Part shown: positions 1 through 12,115 of the stretch, in pieces
Numbering within the stretch: the first letter of the stretch is position 1
How the letters are laid out: each line of letters begins with the position of its first letter
Source: Octopus sinensis
Lineage: Eukaryota
DNA length: 64,000 bases
Direction of reading: 5' to 3'
Assembly (NCBI RefSeq): GCF_006345805.1
Contig: NC_042998.1
Location: 162,502,001-162,566,000, forward strand
Made by a program: the position numbers and the translations under genes
The notes under the pieces: model-generated
Told to the model about the DNA's origin: nothing
Seen by the model: the letters and a program-made list of their open reading frames with translations, nothing else
Databases searched by the model: none

Positions 1-449
1 ACCGAAATATTCCACCTGTTTTATGTTAAAACTGATCAGGTCCAACCTCTCACACCTACCCTACAAAGTCATTCTGAAAATAAATAATTGCATCATCGAG
101 ATCTTAAGGCTATGATTAATTCAAAATAGTGTGAATAAATAAGCATTATATTTGATAGAATAAGCTGAATGCTAAATGGTTGAAAGAAGTATAAGTATAT
201 AAATATACACTGGTTAATATATGCATGTTGTATACACATAGCATAGCATGAGGTGTGTGGACAATACAGGCAGCCACTTTTTATATTTGTGTTTGCTGCA
301 ATTGAAAATATGTTAAGCTTAACTAAGTAGATAGTCAGTTTGGTTGTCACAAAGGATAGCCAAAAACCATAGTATACCACTAACTATTAGTTGTATAGTT
401 CTCTGTGGAAAGAACAGCCTCTGAGAAAGACTCTTATTAGAGTTGAAAT

Positions 450-655
450 ATGACTGGCCTTTGTGCCGGTGACATGTAAAAAGCACCCACTACACTCTTA
501 GAGTGGTTGGAATTAGGAAGGGCATCCAACTGTAGAAACTTTGCCTGATCAGATTGAGCCTGGTACAGCCTCTGGCTCACCACTCCTCAGTCAAACCGTC
601 CTACCCAGGCCAGCATGGAAAGCAGACGTTAAATGATGATGATGATGATGATGAT
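450..655 (+). mobile_element. SINE-like repeat, family D, ending in an (ATG)n tail
   Basis: Contains TTAGGAAGGGCATCCA-CTGTAGAAA and ends CAGCATGGAAAGCAGACGTTAAA(TGA)n. The same module recurs at about 5360-5560, 11150-11290, 28203-28540, 34470-34650, 37380-37680, 47800-47910, 54400-54640, 59695-60055 and 63900-64000. Confidence 0.8.
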
Positions 656-693
656 ATATGTATATATATATGTGTGTGTGTATGTATGTAGGT

Positions 694-725
<32 letters not shown>

Positions 726-772
726 CTATCTATCTATCTATCTGTCTATATATATATATATATATGTATATA

Positions 773-836
<64 letters not shown>

Positions 837-840
837 TATA
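656..840. repeat. Compound microsatellite (TA)n/(TG)n/(TATC)n
   Basis: Directly visible; it generates the spurious YI-repeat ORFs. Confidence 0.95.
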
Positions 841-1002
841 ATGGGCTTCTTTCAATTTCTGTCTACTAAGTCTACTCACAAGGCTTTGGTCAGCCTGAAG
901 CCATAGTAGAAGACCCTTGCTCAAAGTGCCGTGCAGTGGAACTGAACTTGGAACCATGTGGTTGGGAAGTAAGCTTCTTACCACAGAGCCACGTCTGCAC
1001 CT
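841..1002 (-). mobile_element. tRNA-derived SINE family A, 5' half
   Basis: Reverse complement reads GTGGCTCTGTGGTAAGAAGCTTACTTCCCAACCACATGGTTCCAAGTTCAGTTCCACTG...AAAGAAGCCCAT, with pol III A/B-box-like motifs; more than 20 copies in the window. Confidence 0.85.
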
Positions 1003-2069
1003 ATTCATAATTATTAATTATAGTTGTTATAACTTTATATTTAGAATTTCAGTACATGTTTCACACACCTTTTAAGTTTAATTTTTGCAGTATTCCTAGT
1101 TATATCCTGCAATCCAGCACCATGCCATGGATGTGTGCACAGTTTGAGAAAACCATTGAGCTAGGGCAGTGAAACTTTTTACTTATTGAGTTTAAATCCA
1201 TAGCAGGCTAGCAGTTGTCTCTCTGGGAAGGACACTTAACATCAAAATATGTCACGGTTCACATAAGTGCATAGACAGGTATCAGATCCTCAGGGGATAT
1301 TACTTACCATAGACTGGTATCCTATACTATCCAGGGGGGCACATCTATCACTTTTCCATTTAAAAATTCAAGTTATAAATGTTCAGCTAAACACGTCTTA
1401 CATACCCACCAGGGCTTCCCTTGGAGATATTTACTCTGAAACTTTACAAAATACAGGGGGAAAAATGTAAAATGAAGAAGGAAATTTGAAGGTAAAAACC
1501 CCCATGAATATTCTAGATTGCTAGTAATCAGTGTATCATTTCGATGCCTTAATTCCAAAACCAAAAAGGGGAAACTGTCATGAACGCTCCCTTATGTCAC
1601 AAAAAGCAGCTGTTTGATGAAGCATAAGGAATCAGTTGAATTTTGTTTGTTGTAATTTTATATTTTAATTTCTTGTTTGTAACCAAACACCCTGATATCA
1701 CTCAGATATAACACAGAGTATGTGAGTGGGCAGCCTTGAGTGGCAAAGATTGGGTGTTTGGGTATGTGCGTAAAAGAGAGAGAGGTGAAAGTAGGTTTAT
1801 CTCGGGAACTTTGTTCTCCCCTCTATCTTACCTCCTCCTCCTTCTCCTCTTCCTATACACAACAGTGCTTTCAGTTCGTTTACTTGATGACTATCAACTT
1901 ACCTTGTTATGTGAGTATGCCTGAATACTGAATTCCTCTCCATTTCTCCCACTATACCTCCTGACATCACAGCCCCTTCAAAACCATTCACCATTAACTC
2001 TCCTGTCCTTTTTGCCTTATTTGTTTTTTTTTGTTTGTTTTGTTAGTCATGTCTTTTCTATCTTTTCTT

Positions 2070-2520
2070 TTCATCACTGACATCATCATCATCATCATCA
2101 TCATTAGTATATTTTCTTTTACTTCATCATCATCATCATCATGCCTCTTTCCTTCTCAACACCATCAATATATATATATAGCCCCTCACTCATCATCCTC
2201 ATCATCATTAATATCGTTATCAACAGCAGCACTACCACCATCATCCACATCACCATCAGCTCTGCCGTCGTCATCACATCTACTACCCTCCTCCTCCTCC
2301 TCCCCCGTATCATCATCATTACCATTGTCGTCATCATCTTCCTCATCATCATCATCATCATCATCATCACCACCGCTGCCACCACCACCACCACCACAAC
2401 CACCACCATCATCATCATCATCATCATCATCAGTAATATAACTTCATAATCATTGTCATCATCAGTAATTTATACATCATCATCAACATTGTCATCATCA
2501 TCATCATCATCTTCATAATC
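2070..2520. repeat. Degenerate (CAT/CAC/CCT)n trinucleotide array
   Basis: Visible; the poly-Ser/Ile/Met ORFs are artefacts of it. Confidence 0.9.
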
Positions 2521-2957
2521 ACCAAATGGGGTTATTTCCTTTCTGAAGAGAGGATTACATACACAGAAAATGTAGGATGTACACTGAATATATGGTCATG
2601 TGGAGAACTAGAATCCTACCTTCTTTGATCTGAGACTTTCATTAGTTCCAAGAAAATTCTTTACCAATAAAGTCTTAATGCTTTATGAGCAGCTCTGTTT
2701 CTAAGTTCACATCCAGTGGTAGTTCTCACTTAAATCTAATTGACTAAAGCTTTACAGCAATGAAAGAATACCCATTATCATCATCAACATCATCACCACC
2801 GTTTCTACCACCATCACCTTCATCATCATCATCATCATCAAAATAGAATGAGCTAAGGGGCTGATGAACTTAGTCCATGAAGATTTCGTTAATTCTTAAA
2901 GGTAATTTATTCTGTTTTACCTCTCCTTTTTACTGCCAATATTCTTGGGTAAGGCAA

Positions 2958-3168
2958 GACAGCAAACTGGCAGAATTATTAGCATACCAGGCAAAATGCT
3001 TAGCACTGTTTCATCCATTCTAACATTCTGAGTTCAAATTCCACCAGGGTCAACTTTACCTTTCATTCTTTCATGTTCGATAAAGTAAGTATCGGTTGAG
3101 CTCTGGGGGGTCAATGTAATTGACCTCTCTGATATTACTGGCGTTGTGTCAAAATTCGAAACCAATAT
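2958..3168 (+). mobile_element. SINE family B
   Basis: GCTGGCAGAATCATTAGCA...CTGAGTTCAAATTCC...TTTCATCCTT module. It recurs at about 9088-9165, 22505-22680 (-), 40215-40335, 55160-55800 (x3), 61640-61800 (-) and 63780-63900 (-). Confidence 0.8.
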
Positions 3169-3529
3169 TTTTGGATAAGGTAAACAATGAATGTGCCACA
3201 TTCTCACATTTTTAGTTTAGAAGTTTGTAATTTTGTGCCTGAGTAAGAAAACAATATGTTACATAGTTCCTTTGTTTTGTTTCTTGTTTGTTGGTCGCCG
3301 AAAATTCTAATGAAACCTGTTGGCTAAAAATGTAGAACATAAAAGGTGAAACAAGAAATACAAAGCAAACACAATGATGAAAATTAGTTCTTGTTGTCTT
3401 TGTTTATTTGTTGTTTTGGGAAATTATTATATTCATTTAGTTATTTTGATTTGTCAATTGGTGTATGATTGCAAATACATGTGGCTGAAATGGGGTTCAT
3501 CCAAAGGGTCTCTGGAGTAATGTAACTTG

Positions 3530-3803
3530 ATGTGAGTTCAGTTCCTGGTGGGGTGTTGTGTCCTTGAGCAAGACATTTTATTTCTCATTGTTCCAGTTCA
3601 CTCAGCTGGCAAAAATGAGTTATAGCTGTAATTCAAAGGGTTAGCCTTGTCACATTCTGTGTTGCACTGAATCTTCCTGAGAACTACATTAAGGGTACAC
3701 ATGTCTGTGGAGTGCTCAGCCACTTGCACGTAAATTTCACGAGCAGGTTTTTCCATTGATAGGACCAACTGGAACCCTCATCATTGTAACCGATAGAGTG
3801 CCA
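3530..3803 (+). mobile_element. SINE family C with tail type 1
   Basis: TTGTGTCCTTGAGCAAGACA...CACTCAGCTGGCAAAAATGAG...GGAGTGCTCAGCCACTTGCACG...GAGTGCCA; matches 37827-38147 (-) and 51309-51631 (+). Confidence 0.85.
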
Positions 3804-4137
3804 CTTTGTGTAGTTTGGATATCAGTGAGTCTCTCTAGTTCAGGCTGCATCGAAAGGTCTCAGTGCTAGTACTTTGGATATGTGGCTAGAATGTCTCATG
3901 AAACAAATTGCTCAAGCCAAGTCAGGTGGCAGATGTAGGGATAAAGCCCAAGTGGGATGGTTGAATAATATCCATAGTCTTTGCTGGTCAGTTGTTTTTG
4001 ACTGGACCCTAAATAGGACTCTATCCACCACGATCCTTCAAGGAATAATGGATAATAAAAATGGATGGATGGATCAATGTGTAAGGGCTTAATATAATGA
4101 TTTTAAGTGCTGCTACAAACAAAATAGCAGTACTTCA

Positions 4138-4522
4138 TCTCTCTCTATATAAACGGCAGTTTGTCTGTGCGTTTTCTGTGTGTCTGTTTTCTCGTACCCT
4201 CACTCTGACCACGGCTTTCAACCGATTCTGATGAAACTTGACACACACATAGCCCAATGTCATAATTCAAAACTAACACAGCGAAAATTTTGAAAAGTTC
4301 CCCCAGTTCTGAAAAAAAATCGATAAATTCGACATGGGGTCGAGAATCAGAAACCCAAACCACAGACCGTCTAGGGGACGCAACGCCACCTTTTTTAACT
4401 CTCAAAAAAAATTTACCATCATTTTTTTTCCATTTTTTTGCTATTTTTTGGCTATAACTCTCTAAAAATGCTTTATAGTTATTTCCCTTACAAACCTGAG
4501 CAACGCCGGGCGATACTGCTAG
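4138..4522 (+). mobile_element. Non-autonomous Helitron
   Basis: Starts TC (TCTCTCTATATAAACGGC) after host A4137 and ends in a GC-rich subterminal hairpin (CCTGAGCAACGCCGGGCG) plus CTAG before host T4523. There is no TSD, matching canonical Helitron termini. CpG-rich, suggesting a young copy. Confidence 0.8.
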
Positions 4523-4567
4523 TATTTAATAAAAGCTAAATGTTTATCAAATTATATAGTAAGTTTG

Positions 4568-5075
4568 ATCACTGCACATCCAGCGGAGTATACCAGCTTC
4601 ATTCCTCGCTAGTCTTCACATGTCCTCAACATTTAGGGACCACGTCTCACTACCATGTAACATTGCAATTTGTACACATGCATAATACAATCTTACTTTC
4701 ACTCCAAGCGAGAAAGTGACTTTTGGTTGTCATCAAAGGTAAAAACTCTCTGAATGTTTTCAATCCTATTCTTATTCTAGCTATTACATTTTCAGTATAT
4801 CTTCCTCCACTACTAATTAGGTCACCTAGGAAGCAGAAATTATCGACTACTTCTAGAGAGTCTCTGAGACATTTGATGGAGTCAGTTTCCCATGCATCTG
4901 TAGTTTTTATGGCTCTGGTGCACCTTCTACATATAAACATTATATACTATTCTACTGTGCCTCTTGTATGTACATAGCTTTCACCAGGTACATCAAATAG
5001 AATTTCTGCATCCGCCTTTCCTAAATCAAGAAGGGTCATTTACTTGAGTAGGGTCTCATCTGAATTCTTGTTTAG
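4568..5075 (-). mobile_element. RTE-clade LINE fragment (RT C-terminal region), decayed
   Basis: Minus-strand translation gives NSI..C....HKR-like, FICRRC, LEVVDNFCFLGDLISSGG...ARIRIG...FREFLPL and AMLHGSETWSLNVEDM*RLARNEAGILRWMC, with stops and frameshifts. Confidence 0.85.
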
Positions 5076-5796
5076 TGAGTCCTTAGTCCTTAGTGAGTGT
5101 TTGTGTTTGTGCAAATGATAAAAACTGTTAGTGAAAACAACAGGAGCTGATGATCATTCTGAAAATGTTGATTTTATCAAATTTAAAACACTTTCATTTT
5201 ACATATGTATTAAACATTTCATATCTGACCACATTTTATCTTCTCTCATAGCTCCACCAAGAATCATTGCACCCTCACTCTTCTACTCTCTTTCATTTAT
5301 AGAGGCCACTTAAAGCTTTTAGTCATGCAAGTTGCATTAGTACTGATAATATATATGAAAAAAAGCACCCAGCACACACTGTATAGTGGATGATGTTACA
5401 AAGAGCATCCAATAAAAGAAACCATTCCAAAACAGACATTGAAGAATGTCACAGTCCTGTGTGTCTTTGGATCCTGTCAAATCATCCAACACTTTGAAAC
5501 TCATGCCAGCATAGAAGATGAATGTTAAATGATGATTGTCATCATCATCATCATCATCGGTGTAAATATGTATATTTTTGTGTGTGTGAATGTGTGCATG
5601 CACATGTACACACACACACAACACACATATAAAGATGTATGGAAGTATGGCTGCACAGCTGAGAAGTTTACTTGGCAACCAGTAAAGCTTCAATGTATAT
5701 ATATACTGGCAAAGATGTGTGAGGGCAGCAAACACGAAAAATTTTGTCTTACCTCTAGGAAGAACATTAGATAAATGGACAACCCAGAATCAGATA

Positions 5797-5869
5797 ATCC
5801 AGTTCCTAGGTTTTGGACTTTTCAAATACGTTTGTCAACATAAATTTGATTAGTCTTCATCAGCTGAAT
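5797..5869 (-). ncRNA. Degenerate hammerhead motif (inverted partner copy)
   Basis: Minus strand reads ATTCAG CTGATGA AGACT...AGTCC AAAAC CTAG GAA CTGGAT. G12>A and U16.1>A are predicted to inactivate it. Confidence 0.55.
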
Positions 5870-6109
5870 TTACCTGGACAATATTTCAAATGCTATTTCC
5901 AGGAAACATTGGTACCTTCTTGTTCCACTACTCTATATTTGTACTTCTACCTTTACGGTGCTTTATTTTACTGGAAAGTAATACATTTGTATTGCAATAT
6001 TTTATTTTCCATTGAAAACTTTTTCACTGTTCTCAGTCTGTTAATGGCTAAGCATTCAGGTGAATACACTGGCATTGATGTAGCAACATTTGAAATATTG
6101 TCCAGGTAA

Positions 6110-6183
6110 ATCCAGCTGATGAAAACTGATGAAAATTTACGTCGACAAACGTATTTGAAGAGTTCGAAACCTACGTACTGGAT
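6110..6183 (+). ncRNA. Type I hammerhead ribozyme motif with intact catalytic core
   Basis: Helix I ATCCAG(6110-6115)/CTGGAT(6178-6183); CTGATGA(6116-6122); helix II AACT/AGTT with inner TACGT/ACGTA stem; GAAAC(6166-6170); CTAC loop; GTA cleavage triplet (6175-6177). Confidence 0.65.
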
Positions 6184-7369
6184 TAAATGATTCTGGGTTG
6201 TCCATTTACCTAATGTTCATCCTAGACGTAAGACAAAATTTTTCATGTTTGCTGCCCTCTCACATCTTTGCCAGTATATATACATTCAAGCTTTACTATA
6301 GTGTTGTAAATGTATTGACTGCTATTTCCAGTAAACATTGGTGCCTTGTTGTACCACTACTCTATATTTATACTTCTACCTTTATGGTGCTTTATTTAAC
6401 TGGAAAGTAATACATTTGTATTACAATATTTTATTTTTCATATATATATATATATATGGGTGAGGGGGTATGTATATATCTGCGCATGTATGTGTAATGT
6501 ATTTGTATGTGTTTGTTGTTGATGAATCAGTAAGTTACCGGATGCTGTTCTACTATGCTGATTATAAACTACTGAGGATGACAGCTCTTGAGTGTGAAAG
6601 CAAACATTATCCAGGTGATACATAAAAATCTTCAACAAAAGCCAACATCACATTCCTGATTTCTAAAAGCATGGAATTAAATAACCGAAGCCCTTTTAAT
6701 GATAGTTTGTTGTAATATTATATTTTAACTCAATTGTCATCTGATATTTTTGGCAGCTGACACTATCATTTCGGTCTTATTTATTCCATGGAGTTTTATT
6801 CCATAAAGCACTGTAGCTAATTTGTAGTTTAACTTCAGGTCAATCCTGACTCAAAGTTTTCAGGCTGTGACTACCATATTTGATGGCATAAAAGAAATAC
6901 AAACATATCAGATGCATCTCAATATCACGAAAAAACATTTTTAGTGCATTCATCATCTGGTCAAGCTTGCTTGGATGTTTTTAATCTGTGCATGCCATCC
7001 ATCTTGGTCCTGCGTTACTTGAAAGAGATCTTCAAGGAAGCATCCAGTGTTTTTGGTGAGTTGTTTTACATACACTGTGTTCGAATAACCTGCTTTAGTA
7101 TGGCTATGCTTTGGCATCCATAGCAGTAGGCCACTTGCTAGCTCTTGTTTAGTTTCTCAGCAGTCCCACAATGTGCAAACACCTTTCTCTTATAGTAGTA
7201 GAAGCAGGCAGGAGATCTCCACACAGTTGTTTCTTGGTGAGATGAGTTCTCCAAGGTATGGTCTAAATATTTGGGTGTAAGTTCTATCCAGCTTGGATTC
7301 CAAATTTTTTGGGGGTTTTTTTGTGTTTTAGGATACAGGCCCAACTTCACTCATAAAACCCAAGGTGAT

Positions 7370-7464
7370 TCATTGTGACACCTACAGCAAATATCTTCTC
7401 CTATAGCCTCAGGCTGACCAAAGCCATGTGAGTGGATTTACTAAACAGAAATCAGAAGAAGCCC

Positions 7465-7509
<45 letters not shown>

Positions 7510-7770
7510 ATATATATATCTATTTATGCATGTATTTTTGTGTGTGTTTGTCCCCCCCCCTCCACCATCGCTTGACAACTGGTGTATTTATGCTGGTGTA
7601 TTTATGTCCCCGTAACTTAGTGGTTTGGCAGAAGAGACCGACAGAATAAGTACTAGGCTTACAAAGAATAAATCCTGAGACTGATTTCTTCAACTAACAC
7701 CCTTTAAGGTGGTGCTCCAGCATGACCACAGTCAAATAACTGAAACAAGTAAAAGAATAAAAGAATCTTA
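7370..7770 (+). mobile_element. SINE family A with internal (TA)n, 5' truncated
   Basis: TCTTCTCCTATAGCC...GAAGCCC-(TA)n-TGTCCCCCC...GACTGAAACAAGTAAAAGAATAAAAGA. Confidence 0.85.
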
Positions 7771-8252
7771 TATGCCATCAAATATGATATTTAATGTTTT
7801 GTATATCTAAATCCACATTGAGAAATGCATTATTTCATTTTCTTTATGGTTTTGTACAATTAGGGGGTGATTTGACTGTTGTTTCTAGCAAACCAAATAC
7901 TGCAAAAAAAGGCTTCTTCAAGTCCAGTATACTTTTCTTCTTCTTTTTCTACCTCTGAAAGACTGTGAGAAAATTCATTGTTGGATGAAATTTTGTGTAC
8001 TTTTAAGAAATCTTAGCACTTCTACCTTGTTTACCTGTGGAAATCCTTGGTTGGTATGGCTATTAAATTCAAGGAAAATTTAAGCTACATATTTGCATAT
8101 AACATTGGGGTTCCAAATTGTCCTGTGTCTCCATATAACCTAATGATATGTGTCATTTCTATCTTCATCCCACTTTGTTTTTAAGGAAACTCTTGCTCAG
8201 TTCAATCGAAGCAAAGAAACAAAAAAACATATACACACATATATGTATGTTT

Positions 8253-8640
8253 GTCATTATTCAGTTAATTTCAAGATTTCTTGGCAATAGAGAAAGAACC
8301 GATTTCTAATCTAGATCCAAGGTTCCTTTATTGGAATTTCAGCATCAACAACGGGGTATTATTTTTTGTATGTATGTATGTATGTATATGAAAATTTGTA
8401 TGTTTTATATATGTACTCTCATGCATATAGTTACATATATATTTAAATGATTTAAACTTCTGGAAAGTTTTACAGACTTTTATAGTTCCAGTGATGGATT
8501 GGATGTGTAGTCTTTGAATTAGCTTTCTCCTTTCAGGTTTTGAGAAGCCTAATTTCTCAATATTGGTATTTAGGCAGTGTATTACATATCTTATGATCCC
8601 AATAATTACAGGTCTAAACCTGAACTTGCAATCTGTAAGT
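8253..8640 (-). mobile_element. 3' end of an RLE-type (R4/Dong-like) non-LTR retrotransposon
   Basis: Minus-strand ORF segment [55 protein letters not shown] resembles the PIIIGALG...LG...LQ..S..GT.KI C-terminus of restriction-like-endonuclease LINEs. The 3' module at 8253-8356 recurs at 40621-40723. Confidence 0.6.
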
Positions 8641-8712
8641 ATGTATGTATGTATGTATGTATGTATGTATGTATGTATGTATGTATGTATGTATGTATGT
8701 ATGTATGTATGC
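8640..8712. repeat. (TATG)n microsatellite
   Basis: Near-perfect tetranucleotide array. Confidence 0.95.
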
Positions 8713-9164
8713 ATGCATCTATGTATGTATTCATGTCCGTATTCATGCATACATATGACAAGCTTCAATTCAGTTTCTGTTGACCAAACTTCACTTAAAA
8801 GATAGCAGTCAGTTTGAGCTATAGTAGGAGACATTTGGCCAAGGTGCCATGCAATGGGACTGAACCAGAAACCATTTACTTATGAAGTGAACTTCTTTAC
8901 CATACAACTTTTCAACTCTCGGTCTTTCTGTCTGTCTGTCTCTCTCTCTGTCTCTTCACACACATACATAAAGAAGCCTAAAGAGGCTTCAATCCACACA
9001 CATAAACACACACATACACACACACACACATATATAGTTATATATGGATTTGTTATCTCTCTCTCTATATATATATAGAGAGAGAGGGGCGGTGAGCTGG
9101 CAGAAACATTAGTGAGCTGGGCAAGATGTTTAATGGTATATATATCGTCTATCTTTACGTTTAT

Positions 9165-9335
9165 AGGTGCAGGAGTGGCTGTGTGGTAAGTAGTTTGCTT
9201 ACCAACCACATGGTTCTGGGTTCAGTCCCACTGCATGGCACCTTGGGCAAGTGTCTTCTACTATAACCTCGGGCTGACCAAATCTTTTTGAGTGGATTTG
9301 GTAAACGGAAACTGAAAGAAGCTTGTCGTAGATAT

Positions 9336-9394
<59 letters not shown>

Positions 9395-9609
9395 TGTATA
9401 TGTTTGTGTGTCTGTGTTTGTCCCCCACCACATCACTTGACAACTGATGCTAGTGTGATTATGTCCCCGTAACTTAGCAGAGACTGATAGAATAAGTACT
9501 AGGCTTACAAAGAATAAGTCCTTGGGTTGATTTACTCAACTAAAGGCAGTACTCCAGCATGGCTGCAATCAAATGACTGAAACAAGTAAAAGTGTAAAAG
9601 AGTAAAAGA
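9165..9609 (+). mobile_element. SINE family A, near full length
   Basis: Head GGAGTGGCTGTGTGGTAAGTAG...GGGTTCAGTCCC, internal (TA)n(TG)n, tail ending AAACAAGTAAAAG...AAAAGA. Confidence 0.9.
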
Positions 9610-10277
9610 TACATATATATATATATATATATATATATGGAGAGAGAGAGAGAGAGAGGGTGTGTATATATAAATATATATATAGATAGATAGATAGATA
9701 CATACATACATACATACATACATACATACATACATACATAGATAGGTTGGAACTTCTTTCTCCCTTAAATTTGAGTTATATCCAATTTTTGTTATTACCA
9801 TAGGAAACTCTATGCTCCTGAGAAAATTCTGCAATATTCCTAAGCTATAACCCACAGACAGACAGACATCCCACTCCACACACACACACACAAACACATG
9901 CATACACATACAATATATGTGTGTGTGTCTGTATAATACGTATTCACACCAAAGCTATAATTCTCCCACACCTAATAATAGTGAGAGTCCTTTACAATGA
10001 GTAATTCCTCACATAACGACAGCCATGCAAGATATTTGATTGCATTTACCTTGTTTCACTTACTTCACAAACTATATTTTCATTTAATAATTAACTGAAG
10101 TATGTATTACTTTGGGGAAGTAGATTAACATATATTCTTAAATATTCGGCCAGTGAGGAACAGAACCAAGAAATGATATCAGATTTTTGTATCAAAATAA
10201 AATTGGTCCTCTTATCTCAGATGTGCATCTGTTCTAGTATTTTTGTTATATGAGAAAGGAAGTAATGTATGTGTGTG

Positions 10278-10347
<70 letters not shown>

Positions 10348-11019
10348 CGTGTATATATATATATGTGTGTGTGTATGCTCATCAGCATCATCATTTAACA
10401 GCTACGTTCCATGCTGGTATGATATATACATATATATATACACACACACACGTAATACACACATGTGCGCATAGATATACACATAATACACACAAATATA
10501 CACATACACACACATGATTAGTGCACTCATTGGCACCCTTTTAAACATATAAACACTTTTTGATCTGTGAGCCTCAGAGAACTGTCCTGAAGCCATTCTG
10601 ATTTTAATACTCACTGAGATAATCCACAGTTATCATACCATCCGTACTTAACTCACTATTTTGTTGATACCAAAATATCATATTGCAATTAAGAGTCCTG
10701 ATAATGTCAAAAATCTCCAGGAAGTGCTGAATGCCAAATACAGATTTTTCTGGTAAAAACAATGTACGATTCCAAGCTTTCAGTTCTCCAGTAGATTGCA
10801 ATCTCATAGTCGGAATCTGTGTATGACCTAGAATTTAAAAAGAGTAATTATACATGATGCAACTTATTTATTAGAAAAATGGCAGCAAGTTGCAAACAAC
10901 TAGATGATGGATTAATTTAAAAGCAATATTTACCCACCTCATCAGGAGTATTATGCGTTATCAAAATACATAACACTCCTCATGGATTTGAGTAAACATT
11001 ACTTTTAAATCATGTATGT

Positions 11020-11035
11020 ATGCATCACCACCACC

Positions 11036-11069
<34 letters not shown>

Positions 11070-11160
11070 TCATCATCATTATCATCATCATCATCATAAT
11101 CACCACCACCGCCTTCATCATCGTCATCATAATCATAATCATCATTATCATCATCATTTA
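11020..11160. repeat. (CAC)n(CAT)n array forming the tail of a minus-strand family D SINE
   Basis: The poly-His ORF is simply this array, followed by TTTAACGTACATTTTCCATG (family D 3' end, reverse complement). Confidence 0.85.
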
Positions 11161-11659
11161 ACGTACATTTTCCATGAAGGCATGGATCAGGTGATTACAC
11201 AGGAAGTGGCGAATCAGAAGACTGCACTAATTGCAGCTGCTTGCTTTGGCATGGCTTCTACACCTGGATGCCCTTCCTAACACCAAGCAGTTTACAGAGA
11301 AAATGTGTGTGCATTTGTGTGTGTATGTATGGACGTATGTATGTGTGCATGTACAAATGTATGCATGTACGCTTGTGTGCATGTATGGATGGATGGCTGT
11401 ATCACGGGTGGATGGACAGACAGGTGCATATGTGTGTGTTTGTGTTTCCTTGTCTTGACATTACATGACAACTAAGCAAGTTTCACAACCATTCAACGGA
11501 GGTTCTTTGTTTCTAATCTTCTATGTATACATGTCAGGCCATGGGTAAATATTACTTTACTCGGAAACAAGGGAGGGTTACTAACAAAGAGAATCTGCCT
11601 CAACAATTTCTGTCTGACCCATGCATGCTGGTAAAAGGGAACATCAAAACAATGATAAT

Positions 11660-11885
11660 GATACTGATATATATATAAATGTGACCGCGTGTGTACTGTT
11701 GGCGATTTTTTTCCTCTGTCTTCCCTTCTCTGGATCTTTCCTTCTCCTATGTTTCCGACAAAGAGCTCCGCTTGAAACGTTAAACCCTCCTTCTTACCTT
11801 CTTTTCTGAGCGTCCAATAATACTATATTTTATTCACGTCCTCGCGTTGTTGTGTTTTTTTGTGCTTTCATGTTTGGATTAACTT
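11660..11885 (+). mobile_element. Probable Penelope-type short repeat with degenerate minimal HHR (11751-11785)
   Basis: GTTT CCGACAA A GAGC TCC GCTT GAA ACGT T AAAC: helices I and II and the palindromic ACGT are present; the core has two substitutions. Confidence 0.45.
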
Positions 11886-11984
11886 TATATATACATATAT
11901 ATATCAGTATCATCATAGGCTGTTTCATCATGTTAAATCCTGACATGTTTTTTTCTCTTTCCATTATTTTCATTCTCTCCCCTA

Positions 11985-12115
11985 TTTTTTGCCTCTTAAT
12001 CCTTTCTGTCAAAGAGCATAGGCTTGAAACATAAAAGATTTTGCCATTCTTCCTGAGTGTTAAACTGATACACCTGTTTGTTGTTCCTATACCTGTCTCC
12101 ATCATTTATTTTCTG
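11985..12115 (+). mobile_element. Short repeat with HHR-like motif (12002-12037); related copy at about 49080-49250 (-)
   Basis: CTTT CTGTCAA A GAGC ATAG GCTT GAA ACAT A AAAG versus CTTT CTGTGGA A GAGC ATAG GCTT GAAA at 49165-49194 (-); downstream sequence is shared. Confidence 0.45.

Larger units (their letters stand above)
5681..6439. mobile_element. Penelope-like pseudo-LTR relic: inverted arms 5681-5895 / 6081-6297 plus direct repeat 5891-6010 / 6320-6439
   Basis: The roughly 215-bp arms are reverse complements. Each carries a type I hammerhead motif. A 120-bp segment is duplicated in direct orientation. Confidence 0.7.

Noticed and set aside
8281-8345. Hammerhead-like motif in the RLE tail module (CCAATGAAGGAACC...GGTTAGAAACCGGTT, also 40640-40685)
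   Set aside because: Both copies have CCAAT rather than CTGAT and helix I does not pair in register.
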